A DNA stretch of 62,152 bases from a virus (lineage: Duplodnaviria > Caudoviricetes), in the IMG/VR virus record IMGVR_UViG_3300014501_000005, positions 1-62,152 of that record, one strand, 5' to 3'. Positions 10,268 through 20,282 of this stretch are shown piece after piece; the stretch's first letter is position 1, and each line of letters begins with the position of its first letter. Made by a program: the position numbers and the translations under genes. The notes below the pieces were generated by a model. That model did not search any database, was not told the origin of the DNA, and saw only the letters and a list, made by a program, of their open reading frames with translations.

Positions 10268-11431
10268 TTAGAAGAATGGTGGGAGGTATCCAAGTATCTG
10301 TTGGTTACAATGAGTCCCGCCATCAGGCCGGATGAAGTCATTATCAGGAAACAAGTTCTTATCCCAAACCATTTCAGTCAGTCCTGATCGATATGCCTGT
10401 TGAGAGGCTTGGGCTTCGGCACTCTTACCTAGAAGCTTCCACGCAAGATACTGAACGCCTTGGACGATGATATCATCATAGTCTTCAGGAACTTGGAGAA
10501 CATCGGTTAGCTGGCTGAGAGACAGCCGTGTCTTGTAATATTTAAAGCCAATAATGTATCCGCCCATCGGTGCGATGGTCGATTGGGTTGGCGGCATGGG
10601 GCCAGTCGTGGTTAGTCCGCTTGTGGGTTCAATCCAATTGGTGCCGATGAGAACTGGAGCCGAGTTCTGAAGAGTTTCAAAGCCCTCTGCATTAGAGCTG
10701 AGGGTCGATGCCTGAGCCGCATAGACATTGTAGCTTTGATATATTACGCCGCTGGATGTTTCACTAAACGGTAAATGGGGCGATACAACCGTCAATAACT
10801 TCCCAGCCGGAATGGTTATGAACGTCGAGACTGAGCTATGAACAGACTCTCCGCCGATGCTATCGACGAAGGTAACGGTAACATAATATGTTCTTTGAGC
10901 CAAGGCCCCGCCGTTTAGAACGTTCTGGAGAATGGGCGGTTCAGGTGATGGCTTATATGGATTCTGGTTATCTGACCCCGGCCAGATGTGCATGATGTTG
11001 GGGTCGTTGTTGTCCTGATAGAACACCGCTGGCTGGTTCGGACGTGTCTGACCAGAGCGATAATTCAGGTTTGGACCAAGCGGCTGTGCACCGAGTGGTT
11101 TGAGAGTCCGGTCGTTGCTAAAGTCCCGAACCTCATCCTTCTTGAGCTTGTCAATATCAAACAGATGCAAACCAGTATCAACCATATACTCCGGCAACGA
11201 TTGAACCGGCCCAAGCCAATAATCAGTCTGACCATATGCCATCATGAAGTATTGGACCTCAGAAAGCAAAAATCCCCATCGACTAAACCGCAGCACTTGC
11301 TTGTGCGTGCGGTTTACATAGTCAATGAGGATTGATTGGCCGGGGTTGCCCGAGGCTGCGAGTTGGAGTCTAATATCCTGAGAGACCTTACTGATGATCG
11401 TGTTAACCGTCGAGAACGTTGTATAACTCAC
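10268..11431 (-). CDS. Head-tail adaptor/tail tubular protein A-like, with inserted domain
   Basis: Helical N-terminus (IDYVN...W.FL), IWP motif, C-terminal VPEDYDDIIVQG..YLA; central TYYV.VTFV...GES insertion. Confidence 0.65.
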   Translation of the reverse strand: MSYTTFSTVNTIISKVSQDIRLQLAASGNPGQSILIDYVNRTHKQVLRFSRWGFLLSEVQYFMMAYGQTDYWLGPVQSLPEYMVDTGLHLFDIDKLKKDEVRDFSNDRTLKPLGAQPLGPNLNYRSGQTRPNQPAVFYQDNNDPNIMHIWPGSDNQNPYKPSPEPPILQNVLNGGALAQRTYYVTVTFVDSIGGESVHSSVSTFITIPAGKLLTVVSPHLPFSETSSGVIYQSYNVYAAQASTLSSNAEGFETLQNSAPVLIGTNWIEPTSGLTTTGPMPPTQSTIAPMGGYIIGFKYYKTRLSLSQLTDVLQVPEDYDDIIVQGVQYLAWKLLGKSAEAQASQQAYRSGLTEMVWDKNLFPDNDFIRPDGGTHCNQQILGYLPPFF

Positions 11432-11552
11432 TAAGGTCTCCGTCTAGACATCCCATATACCGGGTTGCACCATTGAGGCGGTTGATCGGGCGCTAAACGG
11501 CACGGGGGTGTAGGCAATATTTGTATTGGCAGATTGCGGATGGCACAACCGC

Positions 11553-11777
11553 TTACTTGGATGACAAGGGCGATTGCGAGTAGTAAGCGGCAAGAATACA
11601 TGATACGAGTACCCCCACCGCCGTTTTCGGTTCAGCGGAAACAACGTGTTGCAACGACGGAAGCAAAAACGTGACGATTGCGCCAGTAGCGGCAAATATA
11701 GCTGGGCCGTGTGCCTTTAAAAAGTTCATAGCGTATTTCCTCACAATGATTCGTTCGATTGGATTAAGATTGTCCAA
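11553..11777 (-). CDS. Small two-TM protein, possible holin
   Basis: Two hydrophobic segments; lies in the lysis cluster. Confidence 0.45.
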   Translation of the reverse strand: MDNLNPIERIIVRKYAMNFLKAHGPAIFAATGAIVTFLLPSLQHVVSAEPKTAVGVLVSCILAAYYSQSPLSSK

Positions 11778-12063
11778 GTGACTTTTCCTCGATCTTTTCC
11801 ACTACTACAGCTCGTTCTATGTCAGCGGCTTGGGCCTTTTGACCATGATCGCTTTCAAGTTTATCGAGCCACCAACACATTGCCTTACCGAGTAAATCAC
11901 CGCGTTGGGCTGCTCGTTGGCTTCGAGAAGAGATAGTTTCATCCGGATCGCCGCCAAGTACAACATTCGCAAATTGATCGAAGCCAACGAGGGTACGATG
12001 AACGTACCCTTCTTTAGCCGCTAATACTTCCTGTTGGGCGATTTGACTAGGGGTCAACGGCAT
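11764..12063 (-). CDS. Conserved phage protein (DQ..N..LGG.PDETISSR type)
   Basis: Motif FDQFANVVLGGDPDETISSR, a type commonly seen near phage tail/lysis genes. Confidence 0.6.
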   Translation of the reverse strand: MPLTPSQIAQQEVLAAKEGYVHRTLVGFDQFANVVLGGDPDETISSRSQRAAQRGDLLGKAMCWWLDKLESDHGQKAQAADIERAVVVEKIEEKSLGQS

Positions 12064-12064
12064 A

Positions 12065-12445
12065 TTAAGCCACCGGGGAAGTCTGGACGTTCAACACGGC
12101 CACGACCGCATTAACAATACCATTAAGCTGTGTGCTGTTTATCGCCACACCTTCCTGAGTCAGCAACGTGGTGACGGTCGGGCCGACAATCGACGTGACC
12201 TGCGCGAGCTTCTGAAGGCTAGTACCAGCCGGTGAACCCGCAGCCGCGAACTTCTGCTCGACGGTCGCAACGGCTTGCTGGATGAGACTGACGCTATTGA
12301 CGACAGCCGCTGTGGTGCCAGCCGCTCCCGGGAACAGCAGGGTCGCGAGGGCTGAGGCTTCTGGTAGATACTTAACAACATCTTCCCACCCGACGAGGAT
12401 ATCCTTACCGATTCTTTCCATGATTGTAATAAACTTACTTGTCAT
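12065..12445 (-). CDS. Holin-associated/LL-H-like protein
   Basis: AVATVEQ...G..KL..V...I...VNAVVA pattern; directly follows the lysin. Confidence 0.45.
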   Translation of the reverse strand: MTSKFITIMERIGKDILVGWEDVVKYLPEASALATLLFPGAAGTTAAVVNSVSLIQQAVATVEQKFAAAGSPAGTSLQKLAQVTSIVGPTVTTLLTQEGVAINSTQLNGIVNAVVAVLNVQTSPVA

Positions 12446-12477
12446 TTGATCTCCGTTTGATCCCACCTGAAATGGGT

Positions 12478-12996
12478 CTATGCACTATCCCGACGAAGCC
12501 AGCCTTTGAGGAAGATTGCATCCTGAGGATGGCTTTCAACAATTGCTTTGTGATACTCTTCTGCCGCTGATATGATCTTAGGAAGCAGGGACCCACTTGA
12601 GGTGGAGTTAATGGCGATTATAGTCTGTGGGCCGAAGAACCCATCCGGATCGACATCAACCGCGATTTGAGCTATCTTATTTGCGTGAACCTTCCCGACG
12701 TTAACAGCCAGATCAAAAATCTTATTTGCAATAACCTGAGCATCGATCTCACCATATACCCAAAAGTTGGTTTGATAGAAACTAACAACCATACCCTGAA
12801 GGATAGAGTTAGTGTCAAGTGACTTAGGGAAGTTAGCGAGGCACTTTGCTAAGTCAATCCGCATCCAACCTTCCCACGCGCCCCAGTTGTTTCGGCTGAT
12901 ACCGCGATAGGTTTCACCGCCGCTGTCGAGGGGGTTGTTAACATAACCACCCTCCCAAAGCTCAGTGTTCGCAATCGCCGGTGGAAATAATGCCAT
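12478..12996 (-). CDS. Endolysin, glycoside hydrolase family 108 with PG-binding_3 C-terminus
   Basis: EGGYVNNPLDSGGETYRGIS catalytic motif, FDLAVNVG, DG.FGP.T, FLKGWLRR. Confidence 0.9.
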   Translation of the reverse strand: MALFPPAIANTELWEGGYVNNPLDSGGETYRGISRNNWGAWEGWMRIDLAKCLANFPKSLDTNSILQGMVVSFYQTNFWVYGEIDAQVIANKIFDLAVNVGKVHANKIAQIAVDVDPDGFFGPQTIIAINSTSSGSLLPKIISAAEEYHKAIVESHPQDAIFLKGWLRRDSA

Positions 12997-13355
12997 TAGA
13001 TCATCTGCCCGCCGCGATTGGCACCGTTGCGGTTCATGATATCAATGGCAACCTTATCCCGAGTTGGCTGAAGGATTCGCATATCTCCGCGCATCTTGTT
13101 GGCTAGCAATCGCCTAATCTCGCCAGCAGCTTCCGGGCTGACGAAGTACTTCCCAACCTTTCCGGTATAATTGCCATCAACTACTTCCGGTTCATACCGT
13201 TCAAAGTTAATGCTCACTCCGCAATGCCGTTGGTCGAAGATATCCGTTGCGGGAATTTCAACCCATTCCCAATTATCTTTGTCTTCATTCTTGAGTAGAA
13301 TTTCTTCCCTCTGAGTTAGTTTCTTCGGTGCGATGGACGTGATTGTGTCAGCCAT
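12996..13355 (-). CDS. Hypothetical capsid-adjacent protein
   Basis: 119 aa, TAATG-coupled to the lysin. Confidence 0.6.
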   Translation of the reverse strand: MADTITSIAPKKLTQREEILLKNEDKDNWEWVEIPATDIFDQRHCGVSINFERYEPEVVDGNYTGKVGKYFVSPEAAGEIRRLLANKMRGDMRILQPTRDKVAIDIMNRNGANRGGQMI

Positions 13356-13356
13356 T

Positions 13357-13740
13357 TTATTCTCCTGTCCCTTGTGGGGATTTTAATTGGTGGCTACATA
13401 TACCACCGTTAATGCGTTTGCTTTGATTGCAATTATAACATAGGACTTGGAAGCCGAGGGGGAACTGGTTCTTTACCAACCAAAGGTAAATTGCAATTCC
13501 ACCTCGACTGCCCACTATCTTTCGGTGTTCATATCCATCGTTGTCTACGTGGTCTATACAGAGCATTGAGGGCTCTGTGACCCCGCAGCAATTACAGATA
13601 TAACCGCCGTACGCGGCATAGCATGCGTCTTTAATGCGCCGACGATACGCTGTCTGTTGCGCCATGAGCTTCTCTCGATTGCGATGATAATGCGCTCGAT
13701 TAGTTGCTCGACGTTTATCGATGTCCGTGTAGTTACCCAT
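13357..13740 (-). CDS. HNH homing endonuclease
   Basis: YGG.IC.CCG, L.IDHV.NDG, FQVLCYNCN; immediately after the major capsid gene. Confidence 0.8.
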   Translation of the reverse strand: MGNYTDIDKRRATNRAHYHRNREKLMAQQTAYRRRIKDACYAAYGGYICNCCGVTEPSMLCIDHVDNDGYEHRKIVGSRGGIAIYLWLVKNQFPLGFQVLCYNCNQSKRINGGICSHQLKSPQGTGE

Positions 13741-13745
13741 TCAAA

Positions 13746-14768
13746 TCAATTGTTAATCGAGTTCTGCCCTGCGGACACGGCAGCCCAAATCCACGCTTGA
13801 TTCGTAATTATCGCTTTGAAAGCAAACTTATAACCAAGCTTTCTGGACTGTTGCAACGTATCTATCTGTCCGCCAGGAGCCGCCGCATACACACGGAGGT
13901 TCTGGAGATCAGAAATCTGATACGCATTGCGGGCAATCGCGAACGACGTATACAGCTTATTCGCAGCTCCCGTGACGGTCTGAGCGGTAAAGGCAAACCC
14001 CGGAGCGTTTGTTTTCACAACGCGCCAGCCGGTTAGCTCTTGCACTTCTCCGCGCCAGATTCTCTCAGGCTTCTGGTACTGGTTAGAAGCTTTGAAGTCT
14101 GGGTCTTGGAGCAAAGACGCATTGACCTGGGGCGCGAGAACAAACACGTAATCCCCATCGTCAAACGGGCGTCCGCCCTGGTCCATCAGATTCGCATGGA
14201 GAGCGGTAAGATCAACATAGCCGATCTTGTCGCTGGCCAGCGTGGTTGCGTTAGAGATGCGCCCATTCGGACGATAAACGTTCGTCGCCGTCTGGAGCAC
14301 GTTGAAGATAAGGATGTCATACGTTTCAGCCGCGTGCAGACCGAGCACATACAGAGCCCGTCCCACAACGTCATGCTTGGAAGTCAGTTCAGCGAGATCA
14401 GACAGTCTGAGCAAGAGCCCGTACTGTTCTGCAACCGCTGTGTACTGAGACATCTGAAGACCAGTCGCATCCGGGCTAACCCCTTCAGTCAACTGCGTCG
14501 GAGAGGTCGTGGTAGCCAGCTTCTCCAACCGGTTGAACTGAATAGTCTTAGAACTGTTCGACGGGATTGGGTCTTTGTCTCCGAACTGATCGAGCACGGT
14601 CATCAACACCGCAACCTCAAGCAGTTTAGCGGAGAAATACGTTTGCTGATCGGATGCTAGCGAACCAGCCGGTCCAGGAGTACCCGTTGAGCCAGTGACA
14701 ACGCTAATGACATCATCACCAAGACCCAGGATCATCCCGACGAGGGATACAAATTTAGACAAGAACAT
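13746..14768 (-). CDS. Major capsid protein (HK97 fold, N4 gp56-like)
   Basis: LDQFG...IP.N.SKTIQF.R, LTEGV.P, QYG...SD, GE...G.RVV.T, DTL.Q...GYK; follows the scaffold gene. Confidence 0.85.
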   Translation of the reverse strand: MFLSKFVSLVGMILGLGDDVISVVTGSTGTPGPAGSLASDQQTYFSAKLLEVAVLMTVLDQFGDKDPIPSNSSKTIQFNRLEKLATTTSPTQLTEGVSPDATGLQMSQYTAVAEQYGLLLRLSDLAELTSKHDVVGRALYVLGLHAAETYDILIFNVLQTATNVYRPNGRISNATTLASDKIGYVDLTALHANLMDQGGRPFDDGDYVFVLAPQVNASLLQDPDFKASNQYQKPERIWRGEVQELTGWRVVKTNAPGFAFTAQTVTGAANKLYTSFAIARNAYQISDLQNLRVYAAAPGGQIDTLQQSRKLGYKFAFKAIITNQAWIWAAVSAGQNSINN

Positions 14769-14793
14769 AGTGTTTCCTTTTTGGTTCCCGACC

Positions 14794-15717
14794 CTAGAAG
14801 TCTAACTTAGCTCCACGGGCTTCTGCATCCGCGATATAGGCTTTGATACCCTCAGCAGTCTTGAATGAAGGTCTCACAGCCTGTTGTGTCGGCGGTGCGG
14901 GAGTTGGCGTTTGAGCGGTTGGCCTCGGCGGTGCCGGGGGATTTTTTGTTTGATTTTGAGCCTGTGCTGCTAGCAACTCGGGAAGCTGACGACCTTGACC
15001 GGCTCGATAAGCAATTTCATACAAGCCAGGAAGTCGATCATGAAAGCGATAATCGCGTTCAGACGATTGGATAGCATCTCTAAGCTGAGGCATTGAATCA
15101 AGGGTTTGCTGATATTGCGGCGTCCCAATAAACGTCCCCGCTTCTGGAATGACCTTCGATACCGTTTCCACAGCTTGTTCCCTCGCGGCCCTCTGAAGAA
15201 TGGGCTGTAGGGGTTTTAGGGTATCGAGCATGAACTTGGCCTGAACGTCGCGATAGGCGTTTGGATCACCGGCTTTCGCGGCACTGTAGAGCGAGTCCAT
15301 GTATTTGTCAGGGCTGTTGAAGTAATCAACACCCTGTTGAACTTGGGGTTGGGAGGCGGCAACGGGCTGACCTGTGATTGGATCAATGCCGGTCGTAAGA
15401 GCGTATCGTTGTCGTAGATTCTCGATAAGGGCATCCTTTTGATTGATGCCTTCAACAGCGGCTTCGGGGGAGTTATAGATGGAAGTCGTGCCTTTCAGAA
15501 ACGGAGCAGTTGTATGCTGAGTGGTCTGAGAGGGGTTCCCAGTCGAAGCGGGTGCAGGTTCCTGCGCGGGAGCTATTGCTACTGACGTTGGTTCGGCAGG
15601 AAACAATGAATCAAACGTCGAGTCGTCGAGACTAGCCGGAGCATCGGAGAGATTGATGGTGCCTCCCGGTGCTACTTGGTCTAGTGCTGCGTGATTTGTT
15701 GGTGCTGGTGCGGGCAT
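14794..15717 (-). CDS. Capsid scaffolding protein
   Basis: P/A/Q-rich, disordered plus helical, directly upstream of the major capsid gene. Confidence 0.7.
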   Translation of the reverse strand: MPAPAPTNHAALDQVAPGGTINLSDAPASLDDSTFDSLFPAEPTSVAIAPAQEPAPASTGNPSQTTQHTTAPFLKGTTSIYNSPEAAVEGINQKDALIENLRQRYALTTGIDPITGQPVAASQPQVQQGVDYFNSPDKYMDSLYSAAKAGDPNAYRDVQAKFMLDTLKPLQPILQRAAREQAVETVSKVIPEAGTFIGTPQYQQTLDSMPQLRDAIQSSERDYRFHDRLPGLYEIAYRAGQGRQLPELLAAQAQNQTKNPPAPPRPTAQTPTPAPPTQQAVRPSFKTAEGIKAYIADAEARGAKLDF

Positions 15718-15744
15718 CTTATCCTCTACTTGTGGTGTTGGATT

Positions 15745-15909
15745 TTACTGCGATTTCAACAGTTGTCTGTTGATAATATCGTGTACTACTTGAGCATCGC
15801 CAAATGGCATTCCATAAAAAGGGTCTGTGAGAACCTTGCTAGCTAAGGGATCATCCCATGTAGCTCCACATTCTTTTTGAAGTAAAAGGAATCGCTCTTG
15901 AAGAGTCAT
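15745..15909 (-). CDS. Small hypothetical protein (54 aa)
   Basis: TAATG-coupled; MTLQERFLLLQKECG...; below the ORF-track cutoff. Confidence 0.45.
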   Translation of the reverse strand: MTLQERFLLLQKECGATWDDPLASKVLTDPFYGMPFGDAQVVHDIINRQLLKSQ

Positions 15910-16271
15910 TATCCTACTCTTTCTATTTGCGCGTCGATCTCTTTGAAAGCCGCTAATTCCTCATCAAACGGGTCTACGGCTCGCTCCGGGGCCTTAGTTG
16001 TCGCTCGCTGAATCTCAAGCTTGAGCCAGTTGGACCAATATATACCAGCCTGTAAGAAGGTCACGGCATCCATATTGGTATGCTTTTCAAAGACCAACTT
16101 AGCCTTGAGAGCAGCGTTTTGGGTGTCGAGTCGTTGAGTCAGATAAACAAAGCCTGGATGGGCGCTTAGAGTAGCCACACTTTCTGCGACTTCCTTATCT
16201 GCTTTGACACTTAGACGCTTGTCTAGTTCAACAACCTTGTAGGTTGTCTTTGGCTTAAATGATTCAAACAT
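15909..16271 (-). CDS. Hypothetical head-assembly region protein
   Basis: 120 aa with strong SD (GGAGGAGG); between portal and scaffold. Confidence 0.65.
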   Translation of the reverse strand: MFESFKPKTTYKVVELDKRLSVKADKEVAESVATLSAHPGFVYLTQRLDTQNAALKAKLVFEKHTNMDAVTFLQAGIYWSNWLKLEIQRATTKAPERAVDPFDEELAAFKEIDAQIERVG

Positions 16272-16287
16272 ATCCCTCCTCCTTTAG

Positions 16288-16503
16288 CTACGGCTTCCCG
16301 TGCGTTATACCGTATGGGTTCTTAGCCATCGTATCTTGCTGGCGATCAACCTCATACATATCACGTTCGGCCTTTTCGCCTTCAACCGGGAGTTGTTCTT
16401 TCACATTCCCGAATTGAGAAGCGATATGATGCGCGGGCCAGCTTGACTTGCCAACACCGCTGACGGGCTTATAACCGCGTTGAAACGGGGGTTGTTGGGC
16501 CAT
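16288..16503 (-). CDS. Hypothetical protein
   Basis: 71 aa, TAATG-coupled chain. Confidence 0.55.
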   Translation of the reverse strand: MAQQPPFQRGYKPVSGVGKSSWPAHHIASQFGNVKEQLPVEGEKAERDMYEVDRQQDTMAKNPYGITHGKP

Positions 16504-16865
16504 TATTTACCTCGATGCCGGGAAGCGGGGCGCTCAACCGGAAGCTGGAAGCCTGAGTGACCAACAACCTGCTGCGGAGGATAGTTCGGCAGCCGGTCGT
16601 AGTTAACCTCAACTTCAGTCTTCTCATCCATCTTATCTTCACGTGCTTCAGGCGGCATATTCGGCGCATCCTGATGAACGTGGCCATTATTAGGCTGGAC
16701 CTTCGCGCCGCCGGTATAATCAAAACCCATCACACTACCCGGCCAAAACTCCGGATGCATATGATCGGGCTGATACCAATCAGATCGTTCAGAGCCCGGT
16801 TCATTGACCATCTCGTATGTATCGGGAGCTAAGTCCCAAGCTGCGCCTTCAGTTCGTGGTTTCAT
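16503..16865 (-). CDS. Hypothetical protein
   Basis: 120 aa, TAATG-coupled chain. Confidence 0.55.
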   Translation of the reverse strand: MKPRTEGAAWDLAPDTYEMVNEPGSERSDWYQPDHMHPEFWPGSVMGFDYTGGAKVQPNNGHVHQDAPNMPPEAREDKMDEKTEVEVNYDRLPNYPPQQVVGHSGFQLPVERPASRHRGK

Positions 16866-17068
16866 TAGCTATGACTCACTTCGATGTCAGGATATTTACG
16901 GTGTACTTTAGCGCGGACTGTGGCCTTCTCGCTGGATGAACCGTGCTGGGAGACGCGAGCCAGAGCATTACGCGCATGACTCTCATCGTTAATCGGATAC
17001 GCCTTATCTGGCAGCGCGTATTCAGACTGAGGCATTTTATGTCGTTCGGCAGCAGTTAGCTTTGCCAT
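16865..17068 (-). CDS. Small basic protein, DUF6582-like
   Basis: MAKLTAAERHKMP.SEYALP...YPI.D..HARNALAR motif. Confidence 0.65.
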   Translation of the reverse strand: MAKLTAAERHKMPQSEYALPDKAYPINDESHARNALARVSQHGSSSEKATVRAKVHRKYPDIEVSHS

Positions 17069-17460
17069 TAGCGTTGATCTCCACCAGGGCCAGTCCAAGG
17101 AGAGCCCTCAGAACCACTGGTTACATGGGCGATGTCGCTAGCTCCCATTGTCTGTCCACCAGGAGCATCGGGATATAGATAAGCTGCACAAACCCCCGAA
17201 GGCGGACGGCTAACCATCGTCAACTCGCCAGGGGTATAGGAGTGCTCAGAAGTCGTACCCGGAAACATCGGGCTATTGCCAAGATGCCCAGGGGTCGTCG
17301 GGCCAGTGTACATTCCCCATTCATCGAAACTTGATCCACGCGAGGCTGAATGCGCATCGCTGAACGGACCTGTACTGATCGGTTCAGTTTCACTAACCGG
17401 ACCCTTCGCGCCAGCGGTCTTATCGGTATATTGCGGTTTCTCGTTATATCGTTCACTCAT
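17068..17460 (-). CDS. Hypothetical disordered protein
   Basis: 130 aa, G/P/S-rich, with SD. Confidence 0.55.
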   Translation of the reverse strand: MSERYNEKPQYTDKTAGAKGPVSETEPISTGPFSDAHSASRGSSFDEWGMYTGPTTPGHLGNSPMFPGTTSEHSYTPGELTMVSRPPSGVCAAYLYPDAPGGQTMGASDIAHVTSGSEGSPWTGPGGDQR

Positions 17461-17470
17461 GATTTTTCCT

Positions 17471-17725
17471 TTATTGAGGGTTCAGATCGTGTATTGCTTT
17501 CATGCGAGCTTTGAGGCCAGAAGAGTCGCTAACAGCTTGATTAAGAGTTCCAGTTATCGTTGAGCCTTGAGGATCGGCGCTATGAGATTGCGCAAAGGCA
17601 ACCCCAGCATCGTGACCGCCCATGGACCCACTAGAGGTGGCCATAGAGGGGCCAATGGTCTTGGCATGGGCTAGAGCGGCTTTAGCGGCAGCCAGCTTTG
17701 AAGCTACATCGTTCGGATCGGGCAT
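17471..17725 (-). CDS. Hypothetical protein
   Basis: Likely start MPDPNDVASKL right after the portal stop. Confidence 0.5.
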   Translation of the reverse strand: MPDPNDVASKLAAAKAALAHAKTIGPSMATSSGSMGGHDAGVAFAQSHSADPQGSTITGTLNQAVSDSSGLKARMKAIHDLNPQ

Positions 17726-17726
17726 G

Positions 17727-19943
17727 TTATCCTGCTCCCATCGTGTTGCCGCCGTTTTGCTGACTAAAACCACGCAGATGATCGGCCATGTCCCCACCGG
17801 GAGTTTCCACATTCCCGGAGTGGTTCTGGTTACCTTCTTTACGCCCCGGAGCCTGAGCCAAAGTCTCAACCGGCACACCGGCTTGCGTCTGAAGGAATTC
17901 TTCTATTTCCTGTTGGACGGCCAGAGCGTGATCGGTAACCGAGTTAGGTTCCTTCTTCTTGAGGCCTTCAACAACCGCCTTGGACTCGAACTTCATCAGC
18001 TCTCGCAACACTTCTTGCTGGATCGCTGTCTGAGACTGTTGCATCACCTCTTGCTGGACCTGTTGATCGGACTTGAGCAAACGGTTCGCAAATGGAATCT
18101 CCATGCACTTTGCGATCTCGCGCAGGAATTCACCCTGAACTATATATGGTGATTGGCTGGCAATGTTGTAGAAAGCCATCATGTTGCGCTGCTTAACGAC
18201 CTTGCCGGTTGCATAGTTAGCAGCCACAAAGTCAAAGCTGTAATTGCCGATGATGTCTGAGAGCTTGATCTGCCCGTACTTCGGAATACCTGGAGGCGCG
18301 TTGGTGATGGAGTATTCCATCTCGTCTGTACCGAATTGCTGGATCATGCTTGCAACCATCTCACACATAGGCTGCAAAACTTCAAGTTCATAATCCCGGA
18401 TGAACAGCTTGAAAACGTATCCGCTTTCGTTGATAACTTGGGAGATACCGCTAGCAGTTCCGGATGCTTGGCCTTGACCAGCAGCCAGCTCACTAATCCC
18501 CGAAGACATCTCTATCATTCCGCGATAGAGATCGATGATTTGATAAGACTGCTGTGGCGGGACGAAGTTTGGTAGTGGATAGATGGCTTTGGAGGGATCA
18601 CCAACCACTCCAACCTTTCCACCCGGACAGTTCCCCATATCTAGTTGATCGTGATCTATATCTACCTGCACATCATACGCAAACCGTTGGTTGATGCCTA
18701 TGTTCCAATTGTCGGTTATCATGTTCGTAAACACGTTAACCGCTTCATTGAGATCGCTGATTTTTTCGATCAGCCCGATCCCATACACATCGCCCTTTAC
18801 CTTGATGTATGGACAGTCAAGGATCGGTATGCGTTTGTGAGCAAACGGATTAGGCCCCGTGTAAAGTAGAACAGGTGGTCCGTTATACACCCTACGCTTA
18901 TAAGCAGAATAAGAAGCGTTGCGATATTGATATCTCCTATCCTTCCATCCAATTGCATCCGCATCCTCCCCGAAGGTGCAAAGAGTTACTGTCTTGTCCG
19001 TATCATTCCAAAGCTCTGCCATACGGATGATGATGCCATCGCGATCAAGATCACGATACTGGCTTAGGCGACGAGTGAGTTCAGCAAGTGCTTCTGGGTA
19101 GTAAAGATCAGGATTCGATTCAGCCGCCCTGCGCATCTCGCCCCATGACGTTTCCATCACATGAGCTTTGATCTTTTCGTCAGGATCAATAAGCAAGTCA
19201 TATATGTCAATAGCTATAAACTTCGGGCAATTCCTCGGCACCCGCTTAGAGACCATCTTCTGCCCGAGAACAATGTTGTTTCCGTCCTGATCCTTCTGCG
19301 GAACCATTACTGGCTGACCCTTGCCGTCTTTCTTTGGCCCACCTGTAGAGGGGTCCATCACCGGCATCATCGCGAAAACTGGCTCCGGACCGTTTACAAC
19401 ATCATAATCCCAATCCCAATCGACCTTGATCCCAGCGTGTCCGTAGATTGCGATATCCCGAATCTGCATCTCAAGGAAGCGTGTCCAGCGTGCGCGTTTA
19501 AGGCAATCAAGAATCACGCACTGCATCTTCATTGCCGCGTCTTCGGAACCGCCCTTTGCTCTTACTTCGATCGGCGGATCGAGAGAGAAAAATGCATCAT
19601 GCACGCGCGAGACCACTGTTTCAGTGTTCGAAGAAGCATAGGGAACGAAAGTATTAGAGCGAGGGGTAAGATTATCAGGATACATACGGCGATCACGTTG
19701 GCCAATATACTGACGATAAAAGTATGCACGTCGTTGGTCATATGGCCTCCGGAAGTTCCGCAAGCGTTGAAGTTGGTCTAGCGTCCACTGTGTAAGCTGG
19801 CCTTTGTTAATATACGTAAGAGCCGCATCTGGATTGCGCCCAGTCTCTCCACCGCCCATTGCATCAATGGTCGATCCAGTACCTACACTTGTAGGTTGGG
19901 TATATTGAGCAACCGCCGCTTCACCTGTGATATCGTTGGCCAT
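17727..19943 (-). CDS. Portal protein
   Basis: 738 aa; RSNTFVP, IYG.A..KV.W, YG.G.IE...D, TASGI....N..., LQPM; P22/T7-like podovirus portal pattern. Confidence 0.85.
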   Translation of the reverse strand: MANDITGEAAVAQYTQPTSVGTGSTIDAMGGGETGRNPDAALTYINKGQLTQWTLDQLQRLRNFRRPYDQRRAYFYRQYIGQRDRRMYPDNLTPRSNTFVPYASSNTETVVSRVHDAFFSLDPPIEVRAKGGSEDAAMKMQCVILDCLKRARWTRFLEMQIRDIAIYGHAGIKVDWDWDYDVVNGPEPVFAMMPVMDPSTGGPKKDGKGQPVMVPQKDQDGNNIVLGQKMVSKRVPRNCPKFIAIDIYDLLIDPDEKIKAHVMETSWGEMRRAAESNPDLYYPEALAELTRRLSQYRDLDRDGIIIRMAELWNDTDKTVTLCTFGEDADAIGWKDRRYQYRNASYSAYKRRVYNGPPVLLYTGPNPFAHKRIPILDCPYIKVKGDVYGIGLIEKISDLNEAVNVFTNMITDNWNIGINQRFAYDVQVDIDHDQLDMGNCPGGKVGVVGDPSKAIYPLPNFVPPQQSYQIIDLYRGMIEMSSGISELAAGQGQASGTASGISQVINESGYVFKLFIRDYELEVLQPMCEMVASMIQQFGTDEMEYSITNAPPGIPKYGQIKLSDIIGNYSFDFVAANYATGKVVKQRNMMAFYNIASQSPYIVQGEFLREIAKCMEIPFANRLLKSDQQVQQEVMQQSQTAIQQEVLRELMKFESKAVVEGLKKKEPNSVTDHALAVQQEIEEFLQTQAGVPVETLAQAPGRKEGNQNHSGNVETPGGDMADHLRGFSQQNGGNTMGAG

Positions 19944-19955
19944 GGTCTTTTTAGT

Positions 19956-20273
19956 TTACAGCTTGTTCAGATATGCCCACCAATATGTAACAGTTAAGCC
20001 AGAGCCATTATAAAGCGAGAAATAACTATTCTCTTGCCCTGTATCGAAAGTAAAGGTCTGGTTCTGCGGTATACGGAAGTCTGTTGCAATCGCAGCTACC
20101 GAGCTATTCCCAAAGCGAATGTTAACATCCTGATTCGCGTTGATAGCTATGATGCGTCTCTGGGTCGGTGCGCCCGGATTAACAGAGATTGCCGCAGTCG
20201 CTCCTCCGGTTGTTTGTGATCCGCTATTAGCGGGATCGGTACTTAATGCTAAGATCGATGCGAATGTAGCCAC
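19956..20273 (-). CDS. Small beta-sandwich virion protein (putative)
   Basis: 105 aa with the I.FG....A...DF.IP pattern typical of small jelly-roll virion proteins. Confidence 0.55.
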   Translation of the reverse strand: MATFASILALSTDPANSGSQTTGGATAAISVNPGAPTQRRIIAINANQDVNIRFGNSSVAAIATDFRIPQNQTFTFDTGQENSYFSLYNGSGLTVTYWWAYLNKL

Positions 20274-20282
20274 AAAATCTCC

